From the NCBI GenBank assembly GCA_016188865.1, contig JACPGX010000001.1, positions 205,197 through 269,196 on the forward strand: DNA of 64,000 nt, given 5' to 3'. The notes beneath the pieces were generated by a model. It worked only from the letters and a program-made list of their open reading frames with translations. It did not search any database and had not been told where the DNA came from. Both the position numbers and the translations under genes were made by a program. Every line of letters starts with the position of its first letter. The first letter of the stretch is position 1. Positions 44,365 to 53,994 of the stretch are shown one piece after another. The DNA is from Candidatus Nealsonbacteria bacterium. GTDB lineage: Bacteria; Patescibacteriota; Minisyncoccia; Minisyncoccales; MHMH01.

Positions 44365-45563
44365 TATCTTAAAATTTGAGCGAGATAAATTTTTTCTTCG
44401 GCTAGCATGTCAGCTACTATATTGGTAGGCAGATTAAGCCTTTTCGAGTACCAGAAAACTTTCATTAAATTAGGAAAAATACTTTCCAGTTTTTCCTGCA
44501 CCCTTACTTCACTGTAGCCATCGGGGTGTCTTTCATCATCAACATTTATTAAGCCCCCGGCATTAATAACATAATCTGGCGCGTAAAGAATTCCTTTTTT
44601 CATCAATAGTTTACCGGCAACAGAATCCTGCAGCTGGTTGTTAGCAGCGCCAGCCACAATCCGGCACCTTAAATTAGAGACAGTCTGTTTAGTGAGAATG
44701 CCCCCAGCGGCGCAGGGAGCAAAAATATCGCATTCTTGAGAAAAAATTTCTTCTTGAGCCACTACTTTGCTTAATTTCTTAAATTCCCCAAGCGCTTTCT
44801 CTTTAAGCTCTTCCTGAAAATGAGCTATCCTTCTCGGATCGATATCTGAGCCAATAATTTGCTTTACTCCTTCTTGATATAAAAATTCAGCCAATCGATA
44901 GCCGACTTTTCCTAAACCCTGAATGGCGACAGTTTTGCCTTCCAGCGGCCCCATATTCAAAAACCTTAAACAGGCTTTCATTCCGTAAACAATCCCCCGG
45001 GCAGTAACTGGTGATGGATCACCGCTGCCGCGCAATTTCCCGTAGCGATAGGTTTCCGGCAAGCCTGCCACAAAAGAAGTTTTCATCCTCATTAAACGAA
45101 CATCCTGCTCGTCAATATTCATATCTTCGCCGCCAATATATTCGCCTCTCAAGGCTTCAATTTCTTCCGCCAATTCCCATAGGAGAAAGTTGGTTTTATC
45201 TTCTCTAGGATTGCCCCAAACCACGCATTTGGCTCCGCCTTTTTTAATGCCAGCTATAGCTGCTTTATAAGTCATGGCTTTGGAAAGGCGAAGAACGTCG
45301 GTAATCGCCTCTTTTTCGTCTCGATATTGGAGCATACGGATTCCGCCGAGAGCCTGTTCCGCAATGGCTCGATTGTGAATGGCGATGGCCGTTTTTAATT
45401 TCACTTCGGGATGATAAAATAAATAAATTCTTTCGTGGCCCTCTTTTCTCATTACTTCGGCGATCCATTCCGCTTCTGGATAAGGCACTAAATCTGGCCG
45501 AACCTCAAGCTTTCTCTGGCTATTTTCCAGCATCCTTTCAAAGACGCCATTATTTTCTCCCAT
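44364..45563 (-). CDS. Glu/Leu/Phe/Val dehydrogenase family, leucine/valine-dehydrogenase-like
   Basis: GGIRM, KKGGAKCVV, and Rossmann motif GLGKVG. Own promoter TTGACA-16-TAGATT at 45613-45640. Confidence 0.85.
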   Translation of the reverse strand: MGENNGVFERMLENSQRKLEVRPDLVPYPEAEWIAEVMRKEGHERIYLFYHPEVKLKTAIAIHNRAIAEQALGGIRMLQYRDEKEAITDVLRLSKAMTYKAAIAGIKKGGAKCVVWGNPREDKTNFLLWELAEEIEALRGEYIGGEDMNIDEQDVRLMRMKTSFVAGLPETYRYGKLRGSGDPSPVTARGIVYGMKACLRFLNMGPLEGKTVAIQGLGKVGYRLAEFLYQEGVKQIIGSDIDPRRIAHFQEELKEKALGEFKKLSKVVAQEEIFSQECDIFAPCAAGGILTKQTVSNLRCRIVAGAANNQLQDSVAGKLLMKKGILYAPDYVINAGGLINVDDERHPDGYSEVRVQEKLESIFPNLMKVFWYSKRLNLPTNIVADMLAEEKIYLAQILR

Positions 45564-45680
45564 ATTTTGCCTCCTTAGCTACACGCTTTTACAAGGTGCT
45601 TAATCTATTTTTAATCTATCTCCTACAAATTTCTTGTCAAACCCTTCAGCGGACTCTGAGTAAATAAAAAGTCCCGAAGA

Positions 45681-46604
45681 CTAAGCTTGGGACTTTATTA
45701 AAGATAGTTTTTTAAGATAGTCCATTTGAGAATCAACACTTTTTTGAATTTCAGAAATTTTTTCTTTGATTAAATGCCTAAACCTTCCTTGCAGCCTTAA
45801 ATAATCATCAACGGGAATCTTATCGGGCATTTTGTTAATCACATATTTTTTCCCGCCAAAAACTTCGTAAAGCGGAAAAACTCTGGAAGCTACAGCTAAT
45901 CTTGATATTTCAATCGATAGATTTTCCGATAAGCGCCAGCCAGTCGGGCAAGGGGTAAACAAATGAATGAATCTGAAGCCCTGAATGTCTTTGGCTTTTC
46001 TGACTTTTTCCCGCAAATCATCAAGAAAAGCAACTGCTGCCGTAGCTACATAAGGAACGCCGTGGTCAGCCAAAATCCTTACGATATCCTTTTTAGCATC
46101 TTTCTTGCCTTCGGTTGTCACGGTTGTCCACGCTTCCCTGGGAGTGGAACCAGACTGCTGAATTCCCGTATTCATATAAGCTTCATTATCGTGGCAAAAG
46201 ACAAGAATATTTTCATTGCGGGTTGCTGCAGCCGATAAAGAACCAAAACCGATATCAAATGCGGCTCCGTCGCCCATCCATGGGACGACTAAAGCGTCCT
46301 GAATGCCGTAACAATCGAGCGCCATTCTCAAGCCGGTCGCCCTGTCAGGCGCTGACATGAATAAGCTGGCCATGTCAAACACTTTTTCAGCGTTTGCTTC
46401 AAAGCTGGCGCAAACGCTTTTGCAGGAAGCCGGAGTGACAAAAATAATGATCTTTTTCTTACTTTCCCCGAGCGAAGTCGAGGGGTCTTCAGCCAAAACG
46501 CTTAAAACTTGGCGCAACAATACAGGTTCTGCACAGCCCGGGCAAAAAGAATGTCCGGGCCAAAGCATTTCTTCTGCAGGTTTTGCATAAATTTGTTCTG
46601 GCAT
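45681..46604 (-). CDS. 2-oxoacid:ferredoxin oxidoreductase beta (TPP) subunit, second OFOR
   Basis: CPGCAE and GDGAAFDIG. Confidence 0.88.
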   Translation of the reverse strand: MPEQIYAKPAEEMLWPGHSFCPGCAEPVLLRQVLSVLAEDPSTSLGESKKKIIIFVTPASCKSVCASFEANAEKVFDMASLFMSAPDRATGLRMALDCYGIQDALVVPWMGDGAAFDIGFGSLSAAATRNENILVFCHDNEAYMNTGIQQSGSTPREAWTTVTTEGKKDAKKDIVRILADHGVPYVATAAVAFLDDLREKVRKAKDIQGFRFIHLFTPCPTGWRLSENLSIEISRLAVASRVFPLYEVFGGKKYVINKMPDKIPVDDYLRLQGRFRHLIKEKISEIQKSVDSQMDYLKKLSLIKSQA

Positions 46605-46606
46605 TT

Positions 46607-47746
46607 TTAACTCCTCCAGCGAATCATTCGAGGATTGTCTGATTTAAGAGCGTCTTCGATGTCTTCAACAATGTGCTCTGGTCTGATATCTTTGCCGCCC
46701 ATGCCGCGGATATAGTTAAAAATGGGAATATTTGAATTATACATAGCTGATTCAATCTCTTGGGCAAAAATTCCTTTGGCTCCATAACTCATCGACCTGT
46801 CAAAAACCGCAATTTTCTTACCCTTAGACAGCCAATATCTTAAAGCTGTTGAGGGAAATGGCCTAAACAAACGAAGCTTTAACAGGCCAACCCTATCGCC
46901 GTACAAATCAACCGCCTCTTTGGCAATGGAAGCAGTAATGCCTGCTGCCACTAAAATTAATTCCTGTTTTGGTTGAATCTTGTAGGGCATTACCAGACGA
47001 TAATTTCTGCCAAAAGATTTATTGAATGCAACCATTACTTGCTTGATTATTTTCGGAGCTGACCGCATTGCTTCAAAAAGCCTCTGGCTATGAACCGGCG
47101 TGCGCGAAGAGCCACTGAAAACATAAGGGTCATCCGGATTCAAGGGCAAGAGAGTATTTACGGGCGGTAAAAATCCGTCAATTGCTTCCTGACTAGGAAT
47201 ATCGATTATTTCCGATAAATGCGAAAGAATAAATCCTTCATAGCAGACCATCGCCGGGATTTTTACAGTTTCAGTTATTTTAAAAGCCTGCAAAACAGTA
47301 TCAAAAACTTCCTGAACGTCTTCGCAATATAATTGAATCCAGCCGGTGTCTCTTTGCGACAAACTATCCTGAAAATCAGGCCAAATATTCCAAGGCAAAC
47401 CTAGAGAACGATTGGCTACGGCTAAAACAACGGACGCTCTTTCTTTAGCTGCCGAATGCATAGACTCGCTCATTAAAGTCAAACCGTGCGAGCTGGTAGC
47501 GGTCATAACTCTCAGTCCGAGAAGGGCAGCTCCAACGCAAGCTTCCATTGCCGCATGCTCATTATACATCCAGCGGGTTTGCGACCCGCTCTCTCCGAGA
47601 AACTCTATGAGTTTTTCAACCGCTCCCGTACTTGGAGTAATGCAGTAATTCGGTGAAGCTTGGACTCGGGCAGCAAAACCAGCCAAAGCAACAGCGGTAT
47701 TGCCGTCTAAAAGCATTTTTTTACCGAGCATTTCACTCGCCTTCAT
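46607..47746 (-). CDS. 2-oxoacid:ferredoxin oxidoreductase alpha subunit, second OFOR
   Basis: GNTAVALAG..ITPST. Start set to MKASEM, preceded by GGAGGAAGAAA. Confidence 0.88.
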   Translation of the reverse strand: MKASEMLGKKMLLDGNTAVALAGFAARVQASPNYCITPSTGAVEKLIEFLGESGSQTRWMYNEHAAMEACVGAALLGLRVMTATSSHGLTLMSESMHSAAKERASVVLAVANRSLGLPWNIWPDFQDSLSQRDTGWIQLYCEDVQEVFDTVLQAFKITETVKIPAMVCYEGFILSHLSEIIDIPSQEAIDGFLPPVNTLLPLNPDDPYVFSGSSRTPVHSQRLFEAMRSAPKIIKQVMVAFNKSFGRNYRLVMPYKIQPKQELILVAAGITASIAKEAVDLYGDRVGLLKLRLFRPFPSTALRYWLSKGKKIAVFDRSMSYGAKGIFAQEIESAMYNSNIPIFNYIRGMGGKDIRPEHIVEDIEDALKSDNPRMIRWRS

Positions 47747-49244
47747 TTTCTTCCTCCATAACAATCACTCCCCTCGGGCATTCTTTGGCGCAAATACCGC
47801 AGCCCTTGCAGTAATCATAATCAACAATGTATGGTTTTTTTGCATTGCCGGTTTTTTTAACAGCCGGTTCCGGGCAAAAATTAAAACAATTTTCGCATTC
47901 GCGGCAAAGTCCGCAAGAAAAGCATCTTTTAACCTCTTTTTTCAAATCAATTTTTCTTGGCTGTGGTTCAAAATAAGCAAAGTTAATGCTGTCGCGGTTA
48001 ATCCTGATTTTTGGCTTAGCCCGAAGATGCGGCTTTCCATTCAGAAAGTTAATAATCTTTCTGGCGCTTTCTTTGCCGGAATTAATAGCTTGAGCAACTG
48101 TTTTAGGCCCCAAAAGGAAATCGCCTCCGGTAAACAAATAAGGTTTTTGGCCCTTAACAATCTTTTCCCAAAATGGCGATTTTTCCTGGCCGACGGCAAA
48201 AATTAAAAGATCGCATTCGTCCGTGAAATTAGAAATTGGCGACTGAAATTCTACAGTTAATCTTGGGGTATTCTCTGAAATTTTTACCGGCAGAGCCAAC
48301 GGCCGAAATTCAGCCCCGGCTTGCCGGGTTTTCTCAATTTCCTGCTGGCTGGCTTTCGCTTTATCGCCCCGATAAAAAATTGATGCTTTCGCCCCAAGTT
48401 GCAAAGCCACTCGAGAGCAGTCCATGGCTGTGTTGCCGGCGCCGACAATAAATACGGTTTTATCGACTAATGGCGCTATATCTCCGTAAGTTGCTTTTTT
48501 CAAAAAATCAATGGCAGTTATAACGCCTGCTTGACGAACTCCGGGAATATCCAGCGTTTTGCCAAAAGTAAATCCGGGCGCCAAAAAAATAGCTGAAAAT
48601 TCTTTTTCTATTTCTTTGAAATTATTTTCAGTAATTTCAGTATCAAGACGAAAATCAATTCCCTGAAAATGAAGGATCAGTTCCCTGTCAAGAATTTCTT
48701 TGGGCAGACGGTCTTCGGGAATGCCATACCTTAAAAGTCCGCCTAATTTGCTCTCTTTTTCAAAAACTGTAACAAAGTATCCTTTCAATCTTAAAGAATA
48801 AGCGCAGGTGAGGCCGGCAGGGCCGGAACCTACTATTGCCACTTTTTTATCTTTAGCAACAGCCGGGAAATCAATATGAAATTTGCTCTTTATTGCCAAG
48901 TCGCCTAAAAACTTTTCAGTCTGGCTAATAGCAACAGGCGTATCGAAATCTTTGCGCAAAAAAGCGCAGCCTTTCTCGCAAAAAGCAGGGCAAACTCTGG
49001 AAACAGAAGCCGGCAAAGGATTTTGCAAGAGCAATTTGCGCATAGCTGTTTTAGGGTTTTTATCCTTAAGACTTGCCAGCCAGCCTCTGATATCTTGATG
49101 AATCGGGCAGGAAATCATGCAGAGTGAGATAGTCTCTGTCTCCTGCAAATATCTCGGCTTTTGCTTTAATTCAGCATCGCGCCAAGAACCGGTTTTCCTG
49201 GAAAGAGTATTTTCTCTAAAAATAGGCCTTTCAATTTCAGTCAT
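47733..49244 (-). CDS. Fusion of a GltD-like NAD(P)H-dependent FAD/FeS oxidoreductase with a 2x[4Fe-4S] ferredoxin (OFOR delta) domain
   Basis: N-terminal Cys clusters, VAIVGSGPAGL and VGAGNTAMD, then a C-terminal CFSCGLCRECENC..CP and CKGCGICAKECP. Confidence 0.8.
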   Translation of the reverse strand: MTEIERPIFRENTLSRKTGSWRDAELKQKPRYLQETETISLCMISCPIHQDIRGWLASLKDKNPKTAMRKLLLQNPLPASVSRVCPAFCEKGCAFLRKDFDTPVAISQTEKFLGDLAIKSKFHIDFPAVAKDKKVAIVGSGPAGLTCAYSLRLKGYFVTVFEKESKLGGLLRYGIPEDRLPKEILDRELILHFQGIDFRLDTEITENNFKEIEKEFSAIFLAPGFTFGKTLDIPGVRQAGVITAIDFLKKATYGDIAPLVDKTVFIVGAGNTAMDCSRVALQLGAKASIFYRGDKAKASQQEIEKTRQAGAEFRPLALPVKISENTPRLTVEFQSPISNFTDECDLLIFAVGQEKSPFWEKIVKGQKPYLFTGGDFLLGPKTVAQAINSGKESARKIINFLNGKPHLRAKPKIRINRDSINFAYFEPQPRKIDLKKEVKRCFSCGLCRECENCFNFCPEPAVKKTGNAKKPYIVDYDYCKGCGICAKECPRGVIVMEEENEGE

Positions 49245-49245
49245 C

Positions 49246-49806
49246 TTACGCCTCCTTTAAAGGTTGAGCCAGCTCATAAGCTTCCTTGGTCGCCTCAATG
49301 TTTTCTTTTTTATATGCCGGAATTTTTTCTTGAATAATCTCTATTAAATCAGCGAGACTAAAAAGATTGGTCATTTTAGCAAAGGCTCCCAGCATGATGG
49401 TATTTAACCTATTCAAGTTATGATATCTGGCAATGGCTGAAGCATTAAATGCCACTACTCTGTAGCCGGGGTATAAACGAGATAAATCTTGAGATGTCTT
49501 GCGGCTGTTAACAATCAAACAACCCGAAGGCTTCAAATTATCTTTCAAATCCCTGGTCTTTAAAAGATCTGCTCCTAAAACTATGAAATAGTCGGCTTGC
49601 TTTATTTGGCACTTCAATCGTATGGGTTTTGAATCAGATCTGACGAAGCCTTCGACCGGTTGACCAATTCTTTCTGAACCAAAAAAGGGGAAACACTGAA
49701 GGCTGTATTCTTTATCACCTAACGCCCTAAAAAGAGCCTCGGCTAAAATTTCTGAAGCTAACCTAGTGCCTTTTCCGCCGCGCCCAAAAATCGTTATTTC
49801 TATCAT
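49246..49806 (-). CDS. 2-oxoacid:ferredoxin oxidoreductase gamma subunit, second OFOR
   Basis: IFGRGGKGTRLASEILA. Confidence 0.85.
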   Translation of the reverse strand: MIEITIFGRGGKGTRLASEILAEALFRALGDKEYSLQCFPFFGSERIGQPVEGFVRSDSKPIRLKCQIKQADYFIVLGADLLKTRDLKDNLKPSGCLIVNSRKTSQDLSRLYPGYRVVAFNASAIARYHNLNRLNTIMLGAFAKMTNLFSLADLIEIIQEKIPAYKKENIEATKEAYELAQPLKEA

Positions 49807-49851
49807 TTATCAAAGACCTCCTTATTCAATTAACAAAGGACTCATCTTTTC

Positions 49852-49880
49852 AAGATAGTCCCTGCAATTTTTAATGTCAA
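49852..49880 (-). promoter_or_regulatory. OFOR-operon promoter TTGACA-17-TATCTT
   Basis: -35 is revcomp of 49875-80 and -10 is revcomp of 49852-57. An AAGGAGG RBS follows. Confidence 0.6.
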
Positions 49881-50045
49881 CTATCTGGGAAAATCTCTAA
49901 AAAATTGCTCGGCTTTCCTCGACAGGACTCGAGATAAGTCGCTTAAAACAAGTAAAAAGCTACCACTGAATAATTTTGTTGGTAGCTTTATTTTCTTCTT
50001 TAAGATATTGGTCTCTTAAAATACTCCGTTATCCTTTCAAAATTT

Positions 50046-50444
50046 TCATCTCCAGCGCGGATTTTCCTCTCCTGAAGCCTTTATCTTGGCGTTTTCTTTA
50101 TCCCCCCTTAAACGACTTTCTATTGATATCCCTTCAATATAATATGACTCGCCTCTGTCATGCGGCTCCAGTTTAGCATTCCATGAGATTATTTCTAATT
50201 CGGGATGGGCTTTTTCAAAGGCATCGAGAACTAAAAATACTGTCTCGTAGTAATCCGACCACTCATAAGTCCGAACATGCATGGGCAGAAATGTGCGATT
50301 TCCTACGGTGATGCCGGCTTTTAGATTTATTGATCCTTTGAAAAAAACGCTAGAATTTTCGTTTTCTTGAACGCAAGCTATTAAGCCGGCCGTTAAAACG
50401 ATCAGGATGGCGAAGAAAAGAATAACGCTCCTTCTTGTAATCAC
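50046..50444 (-). CDS. Small membrane-anchored or secreted protein (GTG start)
   Basis: AAGGAGG RBS and signal anchor. Promoter TTGACG-16-TATAAT upstream. Confidence 0.55.
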   Translation of the reverse strand: MITRRSVILFFAILIVLTAGLIACVQENENSSVFFKGSINLKAGITVGNRTFLPMHVRTYEWSDYYETVFLVLDAFEKAHPELEIISWNAKLEPHDRGESYYIEGISIESRLRGDKENAKIKASGEENPRWR

Positions 50445-50576
50445 CTTTTCCTCCTTTACCCCCTTATTCCTTTATTTGTTAAATCAATGTATTATACGCC
50501 CATATAAATATCCGTCAACACCCAGCATTTATTTACTTCAAAAATACTCAAAAAGCTACCCGGCAAAAAACTGACG

Positions 50577-50607
50577 AAAACTGACGAGAACCGTTCTCGT
50601 CAGTTTT
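50577..50607. repeat. REP-3 hairpin, 3'-flank copy (aaaactgacgagaac-c-gttctcgtcagtttt)
   Basis: Ends one base before the RAYT-3 stop codon. Preceded by a partial duplicate, ctgacgaaaa. Confidence 0.9.
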
Positions 50608-51333
50608 TTATTCGATGGCAACACGTTGAGAATCAGCTAATTCTTTTTTGAACTGAAGCCAATCGTTAACGAATCTTTGCCCTTCGCCCGCTCCGCCGAC
50701 TGTTTCAAATAAAAACTCTCTGCTGGTTACTGAAGGAAAATTCCTCTTGCCTAAATAGTCAGAATAACTTGACCATCGGTAATTTTCTAAAAATTCTATT
50801 ATTTCTTGCAATTTCCTGCCGCTAATTCCCCTTTCCTTCCAATTCTGAACTAAAATTGCCACTGGGTTTGTATGAATATAAACGAAAACTGTTATTAATT
50901 GTTTATCATCTTTAACGTGGACTATTTTATATTTTCCCTGAAACAGGTGGCCACTTCTTTTATATTTTTTATTATAATATCCGCCGTATCCCGCCCCAAT
51001 TTTTCTCATAAACTTGCTTATTCCTCCATTTCTTAACTGTCTTACCAGCAGATGCGCGTGATTCGGCATCAAACAAAACGCTAAAATCTCCAATAAACAT
51101 TCCCTGCCCGTATGTCTTTTATACGAACTATCTAAACTGACGAGAACGGTTCTCGTCAGTTTTTGTTCTTGACGATAGTATGAAGAAGTAGGTTTTTCAT
51201 CATTGAATTCAAATAAATCATGAATCATTCTAAAATAATCTTTTTGATCTTTGAAAAGCTTTAACCCTTCTACGGCTCTAATAACGATGTGATAAATTTC
51301 GCCGTTTACTAATGGTGGTCGTTTTATTGGCAT
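50608..51333 (-). CDS. REP-associated tyrosine transposase-like protein (IS200/Y1 HUH family), paralog 3
   Basis: GEIYHIVIRA, FCLMPNHAHLLV, VYIHTNP. Confidence 0.85.
   Translation of the reverse strand: MPIKRPPLVNGEIYHIVIRAVEGLKLFKDQKDYFRMIHDLFEFNDEKPTSSYYRQEQKLTRTVLVSLDSSYKRHTGRECLLEILAFCLMPNHAHLLVRQLRNGGISKFMRKIGAGYGGYYNKKYKRSGHLFQGKYKIVHVKDDKQLITVFVYIHTNPVAILVQNWKERGISGRKLQEIIEFLENYRWSSYSDYLGKRNFPSVTSREFLFETVGGAGEGQRFVNDWLQFKKELADSQRVAIE
51134..51162. repeat. REP-3 hairpin, internal in-frame copy (centre g)
   Basis: aaactgacgagaac-g-gttctcgtcagttt, translated KLTRTVLVSL. Confidence 0.9.
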
Positions 51334-51364
51334 AAAACTGACGAGAACCGTTCTCGTCAGTTTT
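51334..51364. repeat. REP-3 hairpin, 5'-flank copy
   Basis: Starts at the base next to the ATG (51331-33), leaving no room for an SD sequence. Confidence 0.9.
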
Positions 51365-51401
51365 ATTATAACGGAATAAATTTAAATGAAAAGCCCTGAG
51401 C

Positions 51402-52733
51402 TTAGCTCGGGGCTTTTGTTGCTTTTGCCAAAGCTTTTTCAAACTTGGCTACAATTTTATCTATATCATCTTTAGTTACAATTAATGGAGGCAGAAAACG
51501 GATAATGGGATTCCTTTGAGCGTGACCGGCAGCCAAAGGAAGAATGCCTTGCTCCACACATTCTTGAAGCACCGCGTTTCTCGAGGCAGGATTCGGTCCG
51601 CCCGATTCATCAACAAATTCTACTCCAACCATCAGCCCCATCCCCCGCACATCTCCAATAAAATGATTCTTAATTCCTTTCAACTTCTCAATAAAATATG
51701 CGCCATTTTCTGCAGCTCTCTTAATCAATTTTTCTTCTTCGAGTACTTCAAGGGTTGCTTTCGCAGCTGCCCAGCCAAGCGGCCCTCCGCCAAATGTGGT
51801 TGAATGTCGACCGGCTCGGGAAAAATCCCAATCCCGCGGAAAAACAATAGCTCCAATGGGAACGCCCGAACCAAGCTTCTTGGCTAAACAAATGATATCG
51901 GGTATTGCGGCGAAATGTTCAATCGCAAACATCTTGCCAGTTCTGCCCAAGCCAGTTTGCACTTCATCAGCGACTAAAGCCCAGTCATATTTCTGGCAAA
52001 GACGGTGAAGATCGTGTATTGCTAAGAGACTGGGTACGACGAATCCGCCCTCTCCCTGAATCGGCTCTATAATCACCCCGTTTATTTCGTCAGGATCACA
52101 AAATCGACCGAGATACTCTTGCTCAATAAAACGAATGCAGAGTTGGGCGCAATCTTCCGGCTTTTTCTCGTAAGCGCAATGCCGACAATCAGGATATGGC
52201 AAATGAATCACATCAAGAGCTTTGGGAAAATCTCTCTTATGCAATGATTTACTGGAAGCCACATCCAGCGCATAGCCGAATCTGCCGTGAAAGGCGCCGA
52301 GAAAACTGATAAATTTCTTTCGCTGCGGCCTGCGGTCAATTAAAAGTTTTATTGCAGCATTATTCGCTTCACCGCCCGAGGAGCAAAAATAAACTCGCCA
52401 ATCTCTTTCAGGAAAACTATTATGAGTTATTCTCGCCAATTTCTCAGCTGCCTCAACTTGGGAAGAATTGTAAACATCGGTGCCTATGCAGGCCATTAAC
52501 TTATCTGCTTGCTGTTTTACCGCTTCCACAACTTTAGGATGGCAATGCCCGATGTCAGCGATGCTTACTTGGGTAAAACAATCAATAAATTTATTGCCGT
52601 CGGCATCCCAGACATAAATGCCTTTTCCCCTTTCAACTGTTACGGGAAAATTTATATCGTGAGTAGTTGTCGCCAAAACTTCCTTATGCCTTGCAATCAA
52701 CCCCAATGTTTTAGAGCCGGGAATCTCTTTCAT
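51402..52733 (-). CDS. Class III PLP aminotransferase (4-aminobutyrate/omega-amino-acid type)
   Basis: DEVQTGLGRTGKMFA. Confidence 0.88.
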   Translation of the reverse strand: MKEIPGSKTLGLIARHKEVLATTTHDINFPVTVERGKGIYVWDADGNKFIDCFTQVSIADIGHCHPKVVEAVKQQADKLMACIGTDVYNSSQVEAAEKLARITHNSFPERDWRVYFCSSGGEANNAAIKLLIDRRPQRKKFISFLGAFHGRFGYALDVASSKSLHKRDFPKALDVIHLPYPDCRHCAYEKKPEDCAQLCIRFIEQEYLGRFCDPDEINGVIIEPIQGEGGFVVPSLLAIHDLHRLCQKYDWALVADEVQTGLGRTGKMFAIEHFAAIPDIICLAKKLGSGVPIGAIVFPRDWDFSRAGRHSTTFGGGPLGWAAAKATLEVLEEEKLIKRAAENGAYFIEKLKGIKNHFIGDVRGMGLMVGVEFVDESGGPNPASRNAVLQECVEQGILPLAAGHAQRNPIIRFLPPLIVTKDDIDKIVAKFEKALAKATKAPS

Positions 52734-52846
52734 CTTTTACCTCCTGTTGCATTGTCAAATAACTCATTTTATCTAAACACGCTAACAAAAAACTTGCAAG
52801 AAAAACAAAAAGAGCCCTTCGATAAACTCAGGACTCTTTTTTATTT

Positions 52847-53983
52847 TTACTTTAAAAATTTTCTTGAAAGAACTTCCAGCTGGACTTCGGAGGCGCCTTC
52901 ATAAAGAGTTAAAGCTCTGGCGTCGCGGAACATTCTCTCAACCGGAGTTTCATCCATGTAGCCCATGCCGCCGTGAATCTGTAAAGCGTCATAAGTTATT
53001 TTCTGAACCATCTCGGTGGCAAACCATTTGGCTCTGGCTGCAGCCAATTTGACATCATGGCCTTGGTCTTTTTGCCAGGCAGCATACCAGGTAAGCCAAC
53101 GGCTGGCTTCAATTTGGGCTTCCATTTTAGCTAATTTATGCTGGCAATCTTGAAGATCAATCAATCTCTTGCCAAACATCTGACGATTTCTGGCGTAGTT
53201 TACGGCTTCTTCAAAAGCGCCTTGAGCTATACCTACGGCTTGGGCCGCGATATTGATTCTGCCGCCATTTAAAGTCTGCATAGCCACTTTCCAGCCGTCG
53301 CCTTCCTGGCCAAGCATATTGGCATGGCTGACTTGGCAGTCAGTCAAAACTATCGGGGAAGTCGGCGAACAGTGAAGCCCCATTTTCTTTTCAATTTTCG
53401 GCACTGAAAATCCCGGAGTGGAAGTTTCCACGATGAAAGCGGAAAGCCCATGATGAGGATGATCGCTGGTTCTGGCTATTAAAACGCAAACTTTCGCTTT
53501 AGCGACATTGGTAATGAATTGCTTGGTACCATTAATCACCCAACCATTATCATTTCTTACAGCCCGAGTTTTGATTCTCGTCACATCAGAGCCGGCATCC
53601 GGCTCTGTTAAAGCATAACATCCCAATGCCTTGCCTTGAGCCAAAGAAGCAAGATATTTCTTTTTTTGATCTTCATTGCCCCACTCCAAAATGGGAGCTC
53701 CGGATAAGGAATTATTGGCTGACATAATCAAAGCAAGCGAAGCCCAAACTCTGGCCAACTCTTCTTCGGCAATGGCATAAGCTAAAATATCCGAGCCCAT
53801 GCCGCCGTACTGCTCTGGAACAAATATACCCATAAAGCCCATTTCGCCGAGTTTTTCAACAAGCTCTTTGGGAAATTTTCCTTTTTCTTCAAATTCTTTA
53901 ATCCTTGGCCTGACTTCTTTTTCGGCAAATTCTCTCATCAAGTTGCGGATACCCGCATGCTCTTCCGACAACCGAAAATCCAT
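52847..53983 (-). CDS. Acyl-CoA dehydrogenase
   Basis: YALTEPDAGSD, and QIHGGMGY..YEGASEVQ. Confidence 0.93.
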   Translation of the reverse strand: MDFRLSEEHAGIRNLMREFAEKEVRPRIKEFEEKGKFPKELVEKLGEMGFMGIFVPEQYGGMGSDILAYAIAEEELARVWASLALIMSANNSLSGAPILEWGNEDQKKKYLASLAQGKALGCYALTEPDAGSDVTRIKTRAVRNDNGWVINGTKQFITNVAKAKVCVLIARTSDHPHHGLSAFIVETSTPGFSVPKIEKKMGLHCSPTSPIVLTDCQVSHANMLGQEGDGWKVAMQTLNGGRINIAAQAVGIAQGAFEEAVNYARNRQMFGKRLIDLQDCQHKLAKMEAQIEASRWLTWYAAWQKDQGHDVKLAAARAKWFATEMVQKITYDALQIHGGMGYMDETPVERMFRDARALTLYEGASEVQLEVLSRKFLK

Positions 53984-53994
53984 TTCCGCCTCCC

